A stretch of 35,862 nucleotides of DNA from Candidatus Micrarchaeota archaeon (GCA_038046605.1 JBBSVW010000010.1:1-35862); one strand, 5' to 3'. Positions 19,363 to 28,035 are shown, counted from the stretch's first letter. Numbers and translations are program-made. The notes: a model not told the origin generated them from the letters alone.

Positions 19363-19475
19363 ATTCTTATTTTCCCCGATATAGGCCCGACCTTCATGAA
19401 ATCCTATTTATATATTTGTTTGCCCCAATTTTGGCAATTCGACAATTGGCTATTTTTTGCATTTTAACCAAACGT

Positions 19476-19483
19476 TTATATAT
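19476..19483 (+). promoter_or_regulatory. Archaeal TATA box with BRE-like upstream bases
   Basis: ccaaacg-tttatata, about 28 nt before ATG 19511. Confidence 0.5.
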
Positions 19484-19510
19484 TTTTAGCGGTTTTTATT
19501 GTTCGATAGC

Positions 19511-19594
19511 ATGAAATCAAGTATCCAATCAACTGGCTTGCAAAGGATCCTTAATTACGCTATCATGTGCTGCATCTCTAACTCTAAGGCCTGA
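19511..19594 (+). CDS. Possible 27-aa leaderless peptide
   Basis: MKSSIQSTGLQRILNYAIMCCISNSKA at canonical distance from a TATA box. Confidence 0.35.
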   Translation: MKSSIQSTGLQRILNYAIMCCISNSKA

Positions 19595-19669
19595 AAAATA
19601 GGGATGATGCTCTTTTCTTTTGCTTTTGGCGCGGACCTGAAAAAAAATTGAAGCAATAGGCTAACCCAT

Positions 19670-19778
19670 GACCAACCCAAGGGGGAGATGCGTCAGAACC
19701 CCTGGAGGTTCTTAGCATGCCCAGAAACTTCGGGTTTTTGGAGCACCCCTTAGTTTGGTCGGATGCCCAAACCCCCCT
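19670..19778. repeat. Dispersed hairpin element, 'filled' copy with a 60-nt twin-hairpin insert
   Basis: Arms match 15651-15706; insert 19686-19745 matches 12794-12850. Confidence 0.8.
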
Positions 19779-19931
19779 GTGTTGTAGGTGAGTTGGGTTA
19801 TCAAAAAATGTGTTAGCGGAAGCGTTGCAAAAATGAGGTGGCGAATAAAAAAATATTTGCCCGGATTTTCCAGGCATTATGCGCTCAATCCGAGGTGATG
19901 TGGAAAAGTATGGGAGGCAATAGGCGCTAAC

Positions 19932-20523
19932 ACCCAAAGGAGGCAAATCCAATTGTTTGGTTGCGCCTGCCCCCCAAATCATGGCTTTGTGGAGGGGAGG
20001 AATGGCAAATTTTGCGCACAGAAGGAAAGCTGCCATTCCTTCAATCCATTCATTTTGTTTTGAAGTATGGCGGGCATTGCATTTTCGCCTTTTTTCTTTT
20101 TTCAAATTAATAATAATAGGAAAAATGGAGGTGGTGGGCTTTTGGATAACCAAAGAAGGCCATTAAGCTTTTGGAAACTTACGCAGGATAGGAAGGATAA
20201 GCAGGGGAGCTTTGCAATGACGCTTGGCTCGACCTCGCTATACCTTAGGGCAAGGGAGAGGCATGAATTGGAGGATAAGTAGATGATTGATTCCAAGCAT
20301 GCAATTTGCGCCAGCAGCCTATGCGCACATATCGGCGATATGCGTCGGATGCATATTGGAAATGGTTTTTTTATGCCCCCAAGTCCCTAAACAAGCAGTT
20401 GGATGCCTCTTGGCTTTGTTGGAGCCCGTTTTCAATAAACCAATTTTGGCATATCGAGCCAAGTAGGGGTTTGAAGAATAGTGGTACGAGAGAAAAGGCG
20501 TTAAACCCAAAGGAGGCAAATCC
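19932..20523 (+). repeat. 19-bp exact direct repeat pair acccaaaggaggcaaatcc
   Basis: Copies at 19932-19950 and 20505-20523, both preceded by aggcgytaa. Confidence 0.7.
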
Positions 20524-20878
20524 TTGAATCAGAATGCTTTTCGACTTTTCATTCTCTTCCCACTCACGCTCAATTCGAGTGCAATAGGAATTTCCCGTCC
20601 ATTCTATTTAAACCTTGCCTTTTACCACGTCAATGGACGAATATTCGGTTTTAAATTAAACTTTATTTTTAATTCGGGGAACCGGCTTATAAACTTCGGA
20701 CGCAGTGTTACGGTATAATTAAGAAATCCTTTCAAGATGCAATTTTTCAGCAATTTCAGTTAAAAACAGCAGAACGATATCACGAAAAAGGCATTTTCAG
20801 GAAAATCAGAAGTCTTTGGGTCGGTTCCTAATTCGGTGCTATTTTTATTTTAGTCGCCGGTCTATTGTAGGTGACAAA

Positions 20879-21691
20879 ATGACACTTCCTAAATTAAGAC
20901 TATTAATTCCTGTTGGCTTTGCGGCACTATTGGCGTTGTTGCCTAAAAATGCAAGGGCAGTTGCGCCGGGTCCATTCTACCATGACCGGACCGCGGGTGC
21001 ATATTATTTTCACCTGCCCCTAGATCCGGGCGGTAAGTACCATCTGGGCGTCCGCGAGCTGATTTTTTCCACACCCATTGCTACAGGCAAGAAAAGCGGG
21101 CGCAGGCTAAGTGTGGGCGTAGTTGGCGGAAGAGCCGGTGTTGACGAGATCAAAGAATCGCAAGTCGATTTTGGAAAGCTTGCATTGACCTTGCACGGCA
21201 TACGGCTTGGGAATGGCACAACTTTTGAAGTCGGGGTGCGGGGAAAGATATACCGCGAAAAAGGGGGCCGAACGACGGGCGGTGGGGATGTCGGACTACG
21301 GGCAAGCATGGGGGGGGCGAAAGCGGAGGCAGTTGTTTATGATTTATTGCGACCTGCGCATGACGTCATTTACAAGGCATCAGGAAGCGTCCCTCTGCCG
21401 AAGGGCTTTTCGATATCCGGAACTGTCAACACTGAGTCGAGGGATCCCACTGTAGCGGTGTCTACTGCATTCAGAAAAAAGGGGGTAATGGTTTTTCCCG
21501 AAGTCGGGATAGGCTTACGTACCGGAACGCCATATTACGCCTTGGGGGTGTCGGCAAGGGGTGTGACCGGAGTTTTGGTAAGGGAACCCTACAAAGCGGA
21601 GAGCCGGGGAAGCGAATTTCAGACTACCGGAACCCACGTCATTCTTTCCGTTAATCTCGGCGGTCAGCAAAAAAGGACAGGGCACAAATAA
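20879..21691 (+). CDS. Secreted all-beta protein, possible beta-barrel
   Basis: aggtga RBS before ATG 20879; signal peptide ending ARA; repeated amphipathic strands. Confidence 0.7.
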   Translation: MTLPKLRLLIPVGFAALLALLPKNARAVAPGPFYHDRTAGAYYFHLPLDPGGKYHLGVRELIFSTPIATGKKSGRRLSVGVVGGRAGVDEIKESQVDFGKLALTLHGIRLGNGTTFEVGVRGKIYREKGGRTTGGGDVGLRASMGGAKAEAVVYDLLRPAHDVIYKASGSVPLPKGFSISGTVNTESRDPTVAVSTAFRKKGVMVFPEVGIGLRTGTPYYALGVSARGVTGVLVREPYKAESRGSEFQTTGTHVILSVNLGGQQKRTGHK

Positions 21692-22048
21692 TCAGCCGTT
21701 TATGCTCGCGCCCTCCTTTGCCTGTGCCGCCTCCACCTTCTTGCGTATCACATTTATCCTTTCCGTGAACTTTTGCTCCTGCTTCTGCAGGCCGCTCTTG
21801 CGCATTTCCAGCGTTTCCTTCTCCTCCTCCAAATCCTTTTTCATCGTTGCGGCATCCTTTGGCACAAAAACATTCCCAACAAGCCGGTACATGGCGTGCC
21901 TTTCGGGGGTTTTGGCAACCTCCTCCTTTGCCTTTTCAATTTCCGAAAGCTGCACCGTAAGCTGCTGCCTTTGCATGTTGATTATCTGCATTTGCTGCTG
22001 CAAATTCTGGAATTCGATCAGTTCATTCCTAAGGTCTTCTTCGGACAT
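21692..22048 (-). CDS. pfdB: Prefoldin beta subunit
   Basis: Coiled coil, MYRLVGNVFV hairpin, coiled coil; 118 aa. Confidence 0.92.
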   Translation of the reverse strand: MSEEDLRNELIEFQNLQQQMQIINMQRQQLTVQLSEIEKAKEEVAKTPERHAMYRLVGNVFVPKDAATMKKDLEEEKETLEMRKSGLQKQEQKFTERINVIRKKVEAAQAKEGASING

Positions 22049-22213
22049 TTTTTACGCACCCACTTCTCGCGATATTGGAAATACTTTTAATGTGAAAAGT
22101 TAAATACGCTCGTTTTTGGAAAATATGGGCTGCATTGAGGAAAACAGGAATGCCCAATCAATTGCAACTGATGGGTATGCGCTGCCAAACCTCCAAATGC
22201 GCTTTGCTTTTTT

Positions 22214-23143
22214 TCATTTCCTCCCAAACTTCCTCATTATCTGCTCGGTTTCAATAAGCGTCTTTTCATCCAAAATGCCCTGCTCCCTAAGCGTTTTCAT
22301 CGAGAAATTGATCGTTGGGTGCTTGTAGACCCATTCAAGTGTTGCAAGCGCTTCGCGGTCCGTGAAATTATGGGTGCTCTTGCTGCAATTGCGCGCATAT
22401 GCGATCATTACCTCCTCAGCCTGCTCTTTTGTCAGCTTATCCTTCATGCAGGCAATTGCAAGTGTCATGGAGCCGTAGTAGCGCTTCCCCTCGCCAAGCC
22501 CTTGCATTATGCGCTGCATTGCCGGAAGCGATAGGTATTTCCCCTGGAAATTTCCCGCGCTTTTCGAAACCAATGGAAGCTTATCCATTTCATGCGCAAG
22601 ATCATCGGCCGCTTTTTTTATATTGGGCGGGAGCGATTTGGCGCTAAAGGAAATATCCGAAATTTTTATCTCGATTGCACGGCGAAGGAGTGAAATCAGG
22701 CCGCTTTTGGTGAAAAACATCCTTCCATCCGAAACGTTTTCGTTGGCAAGATCGAATCCGAATTTGAGGTAATCGAGAATTTTCATCGATGCCCCTTCAC
22801 CGGCAATTTCCGTCGATGGGAAGAATTCCCTGGCGATCCCCAGCACTATTTCCTCCTCATCCTTCTTGAGTTCATCTGCCGCCTCCCTTGCCTGCATCGC
22901 CGAATATTTCAATGTTGCACTTGAATTTCCGGCTGCGCCAAGCAAAATCCTTCCCAGCACATAGGCAACAATTTCCCTGCGCGGGTTTTTTTCTTTTTTT
23001 GTTGCAAATCCCTGCAAGCTGCGCATGATCCTATTGCGGGCCAGGGTTAGCTCCTCATCGCTAACTGATGCGATGTTTTCCCTTGCCAAATAGTCCCTTG
23101 CCTTTTCGCTAAAGGGGTATTTTGCCGCGAATTCGTCGGACAT
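22214..23143 (-). CDS. priL: DNA primase large subunit (PriL-like)
   Basis: N-terminal AKYPFSEKARDY and internal LANENVSDGRMF motifs; atypical C-terminal domain. Confidence 0.8.
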   Translation of the reverse strand: MSDEFAAKYPFSEKARDYLARENIASVSDEELTLARNRIMRSLQGFATKKEKNPRREIVAYVLGRILLGAAGNSSATLKYSAMQAREAADELKKDEEEIVLGIAREFFPSTEIAGEGASMKILDYLKFGFDLANENVSDGRMFFTKSGLISLLRRAIEIKISDISFSAKSLPPNIKKAADDLAHEMDKLPLVSKSAGNFQGKYLSLPAMQRIMQGLGEGKRYYGSMTLAIACMKDKLTKEQAEEVMIAYARNCSKSTHNFTDREALATLEWVYKHPTINFSMKTLREQGILDEKTLIETEQIMRKFGRK

Positions 23144-23296
23144 AAATTTTTGCCTTCAAATCATCCTAAAAATCATTCGTAATGGATTATTTCACTTTGC
23201 ATTTTGACTTCGCCATCCGGTATTTTATTTGGCTTTACCTCCAACGGCGCCACTTCCCCCCGCATTCATTTTTTTTCGCCTTATATTTTAATTCCA

Positions 23297-25429
23297 TCAT
23301 TTGCGTTTTTCCTTCCCCATCTTCCGTTTCACTTCCATCTCGTAAAGCTGGGGCTTCAAATGCTCCTGCATATACCTGACAAAGGCTTCCTTCGTATCTA
23401 TATCTGAAAGGTGGCCAGGCGCTTTTGATGCCTTATCCAGATCCTTTTGCAGCGCCCCCCTAAGGTTCGGGTACTGCTTCAGGGTGTGGATGTTGAGGAT
23501 TGTTGAAAGCGATTTCCCTTCGTATTTTTTGAACTGTGCAAGCGTCTGTTTTGCGGAGGTGATGTTGTTGGTCCTAATTGCGTCCTGGATTTTTTCCTTG
23601 GCATCAATCCTTGCAATCTGGAGCTGCGAGAATAATTTTGCGTGCTCGTTGAATTCGCGGCTAAGCCTTGCAATCGCATCATCCTTTATTCCGCTTGCAG
23701 CCTCCCCGAGCCCCTCCTCCAATATCTCGTACTGCTCGATTAGGCTGTAAAATGAGCGGCTAAGGTACATGATGGCAATAAGCGTATAGACGGCTGGGAT
23801 CAGAAGGAAAAGATATTCCGAAGGGAAGTGGGAATAAATGTAAATCGTGGTGCCAAGGCCAAGCAGCACAAGCACAATCCCCGAAAAAACATCCCCGACA
23901 TCCCGCTCAATTGTAAGTATGTTGGCGTTCCTTGTCGGGAACGCATTTGTAAGGATTGCATTTGCGATCTTCTTGGTCAGGAACTTAAGCTCCGTCATGA
24001 ACTTGTACATGGGCCAGATGATGAGCGGGAGGATGATAAAACTAACGGAAATTGAGGATGGGATGAATGGCGCAAATGGCAGGTTGATTTGGAAATTCGA
24101 TAGGTAGCTGATGTATATGATTGAAAACGCGATAACGAGGTTTTTGAACAAATGGCCCATGGAAACCAGGTATTCGTTGTGGAATGCGGCGTCGTGGCTT
24201 AGCTTTTCAAGCGAACTTATCTGCCCCTTGAGGGATGCGGCTTTGCGCAATTTCAACGGGTAGATTTTTTCGAAGAATTCCGTGATTGACCCCTTTTTCG
24301 AATACAAAATGGGCATGGAAATTGTCGTGACAATCATCAATAGGAATGCCAAATTCCGGATTTCACCGCCGTTTTCAAGGATGGGCGCTGCCGAGGCTGC
24401 AATTATCAGCCCAAACTCCCCAACGCTTCCCATAAGAAGCCCGCCGGTAACTGCGGATTTCATATCCATCCCAACGGCCGTCCCCACCACCACCTCCGCT
24501 AGCAGTTTGGAAAGAATGTAGCCGCCAACTAGCGCTGCCAGAATATAGTAAGTTTGGATTTCCGAAGGGAGCTGCGCCGTTGCGCCAAAGCTGACAAAAA
24601 AGAACAGCACGAAAAACTCCCGGAAAAGCCCAAGCTCGCGCTTTATCCTTTCGCCATATGCGCTTTCCGCAAGCGCAAAGCCCGCAAAATAGGCGCCAAG
24701 CGCCGGAGAAAGCCCCAGATACCCGCCAAGATATGCAACGGTTATGAATACCCCAATTGCATAAAGCCACATCTGGTCCTCATAGCCGATGCTGGATAGC
24801 AAATTCAGGACATGCTTTGAGACCCTGCTTACGATGAAAAACATCGCAATAACGAAAAAGACCGCGTTCAGCACAAGCAGGTTGAGGGAGCGCTGCTCGG
24901 CAATGCTCGTAATGAATACCAATATGAGGATTGCCAGGAAATCCTCCAAAATCAGGATGGAAATCACAATCCTTGATTCCACGCTTCCCATCAGCTTTTT
25001 TTCAATTATGAATTTCGAGGTGATCACGGTGGATGTTGCCGTAATCATGCCGCCGATAATGACCGCCTCCAAATCCGGCATCCCGAAATATTTGGATACC
25101 AAAAAGCCAACAAGGAATGCGCCAAGCATTTCCACGAATGCCAAAATGGTTGCAATTGCGCCCGTTTCCTTGAACCTGCGTATGTTCAGCTCAAGCCCCA
25201 AATAGAAAAGCAGCATGATGACGCCAAGCTCCCCAAAGACGGTTGCAACGCCAATCCCCACCCCTTCCGGAGAGAGGTAATTCATTGCAAGTGGGCCAAG
25301 CAGTACGCCTGCGATTATGTACCCTACTGCGGAGGAAAAGCCCATTTTTGAAAAGAATATGCCAAAAACCAGGCTGCTTAGGACGATTATTCCTATCTGT
25401 ATGATTGGGATGCTCTCGACGCCTACCAT
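23297..25429 (-). CDS. Cation:proton antiporter (CPA2/Kef-like) with C-terminal extension
   Basis: GYIIAGVLLGP, ELGVIMLLFYLGLE, TSTVI, LILEDF, LGAYFAG, VGEF. Confidence 0.9.
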   Translation of the reverse strand: MVGVESIPIIQIGIIVLSSLVFGIFFSKMGFSSAVGYIIAGVLLGPLAMNYLSPEGVGIGVATVFGELGVIMLLFYLGLELNIRRFKETGAIATILAFVEMLGAFLVGFLVSKYFGMPDLEAVIIGGMITATSTVITSKFIIEKKLMGSVESRIVISILILEDFLAILILVFITSIAEQRSLNLLVLNAVFFVIAMFFIVSRVSKHVLNLLSSIGYEDQMWLYAIGVFITVAYLGGYLGLSPALGAYFAGFALAESAYGERIKRELGLFREFFVLFFFVSFGATAQLPSEIQTYYILAALVGGYILSKLLAEVVVGTAVGMDMKSAVTGGLLMGSVGEFGLIIAASAAPILENGGEIRNLAFLLMIVTTISMPILYSKKGSITEFFEKIYPLKLRKAASLKGQISSLEKLSHDAAFHNEYLVSMGHLFKNLVIAFSIIYISYLSNFQINLPFAPFIPSSISVSFIILPLIIWPMYKFMTELKFLTKKIANAILTNAFPTRNANILTIERDVGDVFSGIVLVLLGLGTTIYIYSHFPSEYLFLLIPAVYTLIAIMYLSRSFYSLIEQYEILEEGLGEAASGIKDDAIARLSREFNEHAKLFSQLQIARIDAKEKIQDAIRTNNITSAKQTLAQFKKYEGKSLSTILNIHTLKQYPNLRGALQKDLDKASKAPGHLSDIDTKEAFVRYMQEHLKPQLYEMEVKRKMGKEKRK

Positions 25430-25480
25430 GGAGGCATTATCCTGCGACGGAATATAAAGGTTTATTCACTACCTCCTAAT

Positions 25481-26191
25481 ATGCTCAAAACAAGCCTTCC
25501 GCAATTGATGGGGGAAATTTTGGCCGCATGCAAAAAGTCAAATCGCATCCCTGCAAATATTAGGCTTGTTGCAGTTTCAAAAAACCAACCTTTGGCTGCA
25601 ATAAAAGAAGCATTTGATTTGGGCATTTTTGATTTTGGGGAAAACAAGGTGCAGGAAGCGGAAGGCAAAATTCCAATTGTTGCATCCTTGATCCAAGGAA
25701 AATCCCCAATGCCCCCAATCAATTGGCATTTCATAGGAAGGCTCCAAACCAACAAGGTCAAAAAAGCCGTTTCCCTGTTTAATCTCATCCATTCAGTTGA
25801 TTCCCTTGCATTGGCAAAAAAAATTGATGCTGAGGCAAAAAAGCAAAACAAGGTGCAAAAAGTACTGCTGCAGGTGAATGTTTCTGGCGAAATGAGCAAA
25901 GCTGGCTTTGATGAAAAAGAGCTGGTGGATTCATTCCCTAAAATATCCTCCCTAAAAAACCTCCAACTCCTTGGCCTTATGGAAATTGCGCCAATTTTAG
26001 GGAAGGGCGAATCTGAGGAAAAATCCAGGCGGCACTTCAAGGCACTCCGAATTCTTAGGGATGCCCTCCAATCCAAATTTTCACATCAACTTCCGGAGCT
26101 TTCCATGGGCATGTCGCAGGACTACCCTGTTGCAATCGAGGAGGGCGCGACAATGGTCCGGATCGGAAGCGCCATTTTTGGGAAAAGATGA
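25481..26191 (+). CDS. yggS: PLP homeostasis protein YggS/PLPBP
   Basis: LVAVSK, FGENKVQE, WHFIGRLQTNK, LSMGMS.DY, TMVRIGSAIFG. Confidence 0.95.
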   Translation: MLKTSLPQLMGEILAACKKSNRIPANIRLVAVSKNQPLAAIKEAFDLGIFDFGENKVQEAEGKIPIVASLIQGKSPMPPINWHFIGRLQTNKVKKAVSLFNLIHSVDSLALAKKIDAEAKKQNKVQKVLLQVNVSGEMSKAGFDEKELVDSFPKISSLKNLQLLGLMEIAPILGKGESEEKSRRHFKALRILRDALQSKFSHQLPELSMGMSQDYPVAIEEGATMVRIGSAIFGKR

Positions 26192-26438
26192 ATATTTGAT
26201 GGACCCATAATTCTGATATTGCCAGTGCCACATTTTATTCCCTATTTGACGTTTTTTTCCGCCATTAGCCCGCTTAGCAATATTCGAAATCAACCGGCTT
26301 TGCACATAAACTGCCTCTTGCACACAAACCCCTAAGGCTGCACATAAATAGCACTATGGTGGTACGTAATCACTATATTTTGCCAGGTTTCTCACTCAGT
26401 TATTTAAATTTTTCTGTATAGAATAATTATGATTTAAA

Positions 26439-26606
26439 ATGGGGAGCCAAAGAGTAGTGCTTGAGACCACCATATATCGGACCACTGATAAAAAGAAACT
26501 CAAAGGTGGTATCAAGGAATACGAATACGGCGCTATTAATTTAAGGGATTCGAAGCTAAAAAATTTTGTTGGTAAACGAGTAAAAATCAATCTCGATATA
26601 GAGTGA
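26439..26606 (+). CDS. 55-aa basic protein, AbrB/DUF2080-like (not in ORF track)
   Basis: MGSQRVVLETTIYRTTDKKKLKGGIKEYEYGAINLRDSKLKNFVGKRVKINLDIE; tttaaat box upstream; GTGA overlap with the next ORF. Confidence 0.7.
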   Translation: MGSQRVVLETTIYRTTDKKKLKGGIKEYEYGAINLRDSKLKNFVGKRVKINLDIE

Positions 26607-27592
26607 CAAATATGGCAACAGAACCAGAAGATAAATCGAAAAGCAGTGAAGAGCAAAAGCCGATAAAAATGGATGATTCCGCATTACCCCTTAATAAGCG
26701 GGTTTTATTCGAAATCGATCAAATAGCTAACGAAATAGTAAAATTACGGGGGCGTCCTCTCCTGTTGATGTTTTATAGCCATACAGCTGGCAAAATAATG
26801 CCTGCCGATTTGAATTACTTAGAGGAAGGCGTTTTTGGTGATGTTGAAAAATTAGCGGGCCTCGACCTTATCCTCCACACTCGTGGCGGAGATGTGAGTT
26901 CATCCTATCGTATTGCACAATTAATAAGAAGCAAATGCCTAAATTTGAACGCTCTGATTCCGATTTATTCTTATAGTGGAGGCACAGTAATATCTCTTGC
27001 TGCTGATGAGATTTTGATGAATCGAGGTACGTCTCTAATTTCGCCTATTGATGTTCAACTCAATAACGATAAGGAATCAATGTCCCTCTTAAATTTTGAT
27101 AAATTTATAGAATTTTTAAAAGAGACTTCAAATTATTTCGAATTTGAAGACGATGATCAAAGAGCAAAATTTATTTCTGCACTTATGGAAAAGCTCGTAG
27201 AACGAATCGATCCACTCCAGATCGGCGAATTCTATCGTCTTAGAGGGTTGCAAAGCTTTTATGCAAAAACGCTTTTAACAGAATATATGTTCCGTAATGA
27301 TTCGGATAAAGAGAGAATTGCGAATGATATTGTAACTCAATTGACAAGCAAATGCCCTACCCACGATTTTGATATTGATTTTCAAATCGCATTGGATATA
27401 GGACTAAAAGTGGGTGAACTCGAGAAGAAAACTTACAAGTTGGGCAAGCAACTGATTAACAAATGTGTGTTAGCTAAACGAATGGGCATCGTTTGCGATT
27501 ATATTGATAGCAAACATAATTGGAGGATGCCCTTCTTTAAACTTTATGGAGTAACTACTTCCGCTACAGGTGAGGACAATGAGAAAAAATAA
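26603..27592 (+). CDS. SDH-family (SDH_sah) ClpP/crotonase-fold serine protease
   Basis: LDLILHTRGG, YSGGTVISLAADEILM (Ser), SPIDVQ (Asp), THDFDI (His); start GTG 26603 or ATG 26612. Confidence 0.88.
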   Translation: MTNMATEPEDKSKSSEEQKPIKMDDSALPLNKRVLFEIDQIANEIVKLRGRPLLLMFYSHTAGKIMPADLNYLEEGVFGDVEKLAGLDLILHTRGGDVSSSYRIAQLIRSKCLNLNALIPIYSYSGGTVISLAADEILMNRGTSLISPIDVQLNNDKESMSLLNFDKFIEFLKETSNYFEFEDDDQRAKFISALMEKLVERIDPLQIGEFYRLRGLQSFYAKTLLTEYMFRNDSDKERIANDIVTQLTSKCPTHDFDIDFQIALDIGLKVGELEKKTYKLGKQLINKCVLAKRMGIVCDYIDSKHNWRMPFFKLYGVTTSATGEDNEKK

Positions 27593-27743
27593 TGAATCAG
27601 CGGGCAAGTCTGAATACTCGAGCAATAATCTAAGTCCTACCGAAGAGCAGCAGTTTGAAAAATTCAGGAAAAAACAAAAAATACTTGCCGAAGAGTATAG
27701 TTCAACTAATCTATTGTTGAGTGGTGCTGCAAATAAACAATAA
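27579..27743 (+). CDS. 54-aa peptide coupled to the protease (not in ORF track)
   Basis: MRKNNESAGKSEYSSNNLSPTEEQQFEKFRKKQKILAEEYSSTNLLLSGAANKQ; aggtgagg RBS; 14-nt overlap with the protease end. Confidence 0.7.
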   Translation: MRKNNESAGKSEYSSNNLSPTEEQQFEKFRKKQKILAEEYSSTNLLLSGAANKQ

Positions 27744-27769
27744 AATCCTCATTCGAAGAACTTTTTTAC

Positions 27770-27958
27770 TTCAAGCGCAAGTTTGAAAACAGGCTGTTTT
27801 CAAGAAAGGAGGTTGCGCAGACAAACGAAGCTTTGGCAAAAGTGCTTTGTCACAATATCGTTGTCCTAATCAAAGAATCAGGAGAGCATGGATTTCAGAT
27901 TGATTTCAATGCTTCTGCACACAAATTACCCTCTGTGCACATTAAGGGAAGGGTTTAA
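27770..27958 (+). pseudogene. C-terminal remnant of a DDE transposase (IS5/ISNCY-like)
   Basis: FKRKFENRLFSRKEVAQTNEALAKVLCHNIVVLI...; no start codon; runs into the right TIR. Confidence 0.85.
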
Positions 27959-28035
27959 GTGCAAGGCTAAATCAACCGCAACCATTAAATAGCGCCTTTC
28001 ATTTCAACTTTAATCACACAATTTAAGGTGATTTA

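Larger units (their letters stand above)
26296..27968 (+). mobile_element. Non-autonomous cargo transposon, 1673 bp, with 9-bp TSD
   Basis: TIRs ggctttgcacataaac / gtttaagtgcaaggct; aaatcaacc at 26287-26295 and 27969-27977; subterminal tgcaca(c/t)(a/t)aa repeats; AT-rich cargo. Confidence 0.9.

Noticed and set aside
19584-20153. 189-aa minus-strand ORF
   Set aside because: Runs through the hairpin repeat, has atypical composition and no clear RBS or motif
25462-26076. 204-aa minus-strand ORF
   Set aside because: Antisense shadow of yggS
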